From positions 388,058,001 through 388,122,000 of the forward strand of contig OZ024740.1 in assembly GCA_964016885.1 (NCBI GenBank): a DNA stretch of 64,000 nt, given 5' to 3'. The stretch's first letter is position 1, and every line of letters begins with the position of its first letter. The notes beneath the pieces are model-generated. The model was not told the origin of the DNA and searched no databases. It saw only the letters and a list, made by a program, of their open reading frames with translations. The translations under genes were made by a program, and so were the position numbers. Of the stretch, positions 61,601-64,000 are shown one piece after another. Source of the stretch: Eledone cirrhosa. Taxonomy: Eukaryota.

Positions 61601-61679
61601 CATATATATATACATATATATATATACATATATATATATACATATATATATACATATATATATACATATATATATATAC

Positions 61680-62072
<393 letters not shown>

Positions 62073-62110
62073 TATACATATATATATATATATATTTATA
62101 TACATATATA

Positions 62111-62298
62111 TTTATTAAAATAACAGATTAAAGTTAATGCAAAGAATCGCTGCTTTCACCCTTAACGGGATCTTCTGAAACTAACAAAGTCAATCTGTAA
62201 ACGCAGACTTACGTCTCCGAATGCGTTTACAGATTGACTTTGTTAGTTTCAGAAGATCCCGTTAAGGGTGAAAGCAGCGATTCTTTGCTTTAACTTTA
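62111..62298. mobile_element. Small tail-out inverted pair of the 61051 pseudo-LTR fragment
   Basis: 62111-62206 reverse and 62222-62298 forward copies of 61051-61146; the spacer matches the reverse complement of 60284-60299. Confidence 0.8.
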
Positions 62299-62302
62299 TA
62301 TG

Positions 62303-62351
<49 letters not shown>

Positions 62352-62352
62352 G

Positions 62353-62387
<35 letters not shown>

Positions 62388-62391
62388 GTAT

Positions 62392-63160
62392 ATAACTTTG
62401 AATAACTTTGAAATGTTTTGGCCAGTATTGGCCCAGGCCATGTCTAACTTAATAGCACCACCTGGCGAAGTCTTTCAATTCAGGATTTGGGCACCATGGC
62501 CCATTCGAGAAGAGAATTACTGTTTGCGGAGACATATCCGGGTGTGGGTGGTTTGTCCGGGATTACTTGGAGGAATTTGTCCAAAGACTTCTTGAATTTT
62601 GTGTGGTCAGTTTCTGTTTTGACGTGTCCTGGTGTGATGTTGAAGAGAGCAGGGCCGATTGAGGTGAAATAATTGTGCCGTATTGTTGTTATGAGTTGCG
62701 ATTTAGATTTTTGTATGGGACGGATAGCACGGGGCCCAAGCCTTGGGTGTATCTTGAAGGCGATGCCAACATCATTTGGGCAGTGATGATGGAACATTTT
62801 CCACATCATGCAGATAATATAACGCTCACGGCGACGTTGGAGTGAGTAAAGTTTCAGGTTTTCTAGTCGACCCCAGTAGTCAAGGTCTGACATGCCATCT
62901 ATCTTTTTCGTGATTGCCCTTTGAGGAGCTTCAAGTTTCATGATACTTTGTTTCGTGTGGGGAGACCACAGTGGACAACAGTATTCAAGGTGTGGTCGGG
63001 CAAAAGTATAGAAGAGAAGGATAATGGTGTGGGAATCTCTCGACTGGAAGGTTCTGAGGATCCAGGAACACATTCTGCGGGCCATGTCAACTTTGCTGCT
63101 TATATGCGTGGCCCAGCTTATGTTGCTGTCCACGGTTACTCCCAAGTCTCTGATGTTGTT
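62392..63160 (-). mobile_element. 5'-truncated second copy of the 42091-45508 LINE
   Basis: Translation NNIRDLGV...EWAMVPKS near-identical to the ORF2 C-terminus; same 3' UTR; (TA)n on both sides. Confidence 0.95.
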
Positions 63161-63175
63161 ATATGTATATATATG

Positions 63176-63208
<33 letters not shown>

Positions 63209-63356
63209 GTATATGAGAGAGAGATGTAAGTGGGAGTACGTTGAGATGCGTGGTGTGTATAAGATGTGTGAGATGTGTAGAATGAAGGGAAGAGTATAAA
63301 GGATAAAATATGTATATATATATGTATATATGTATATATATATATGTATATATATG

Positions 63357-63520
<164 letters not shown>

Positions 63521-63536
63521 TATATATATATATAAA

Positions 63537-63592
<56 letters not shown>

Positions 63593-63650
63593 GTATATAT
63601 GTATATATGTATATATATATGTATATATATATATGTATATATATATATGT

Positions 63651-63699
<49 letters not shown>

Positions 63700-63706
63700 G
63701 TATATA

Positions 63707-63737
<31 letters not shown>

Positions 63738-63934
63738 TGATATATATGTATATATGTATATATATATGTATGTATATATATATATATGTATATATATATG
63801 TATGATGTTAAAACAGGAATGCCGTTATATATATGAATATATATATGTATATATATATATATATGTATATTTATATATATATATATATGTATATGTATAT
63901 ATATATATGTACATATATATATATATATATATAT

Positions 63935-64000
63935 GTAGATAAATCTACCAAGAGTTAACGGTAGTGTCCAATCCGTATGAAGAACTCAATGTATTCCGGA
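63935..64000 (-). mobile_element. Terminus of a second copy of the 18085 element, running off the window
   Basis: One mismatch to 18085-18150 and the same junction with (TA)n. Confidence 0.85.

Overview
Eukaryotic, AT-rich, gene-free window. The SINE cores and (TA)n load suggest a cephalopod or other marine invertebrate, possibly Octopus (inference). No host gene can be supported. Bases 1.3-12.5 kb are old intergenic or intronic DNA with decayed SINE/LINE remnants. From 12.6 kb onward, very long degenerate (TA)n tracts are packed with retroelements: about seven families of Penelope-like elements (PLEs; RT plus C-terminal GIY-YIG), including one near-complete copy with pseudo-LTRs (33271-38450); CR1/L2-group LINEs, one with an uninterrupted 981-aa ORF2; and an RTE-derived short element. 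The main observation is two near-perfect tandem arrays of a non-coding 310-bp unit (about 5.8 and 14 copies). Each unit carries a type I hammerhead ribozyme on the minus strand inside a heavily base-paired sequence, which fits a non-LTR retrozyme/circular-RNA element. Both arrays start at the same base next to (TA)n and end in a PLE-style inversion. The PLE tails carry further hammerheads, some with atypical cores (CUGAGAA, CCGAUGA, CAGAAGA) or long stem II insertions. A separate 608-bp terminally redundant non-coding unit with no recognisable hammerhead is unexplained. All YIYI-type ORFs are microsatellite artefacts.
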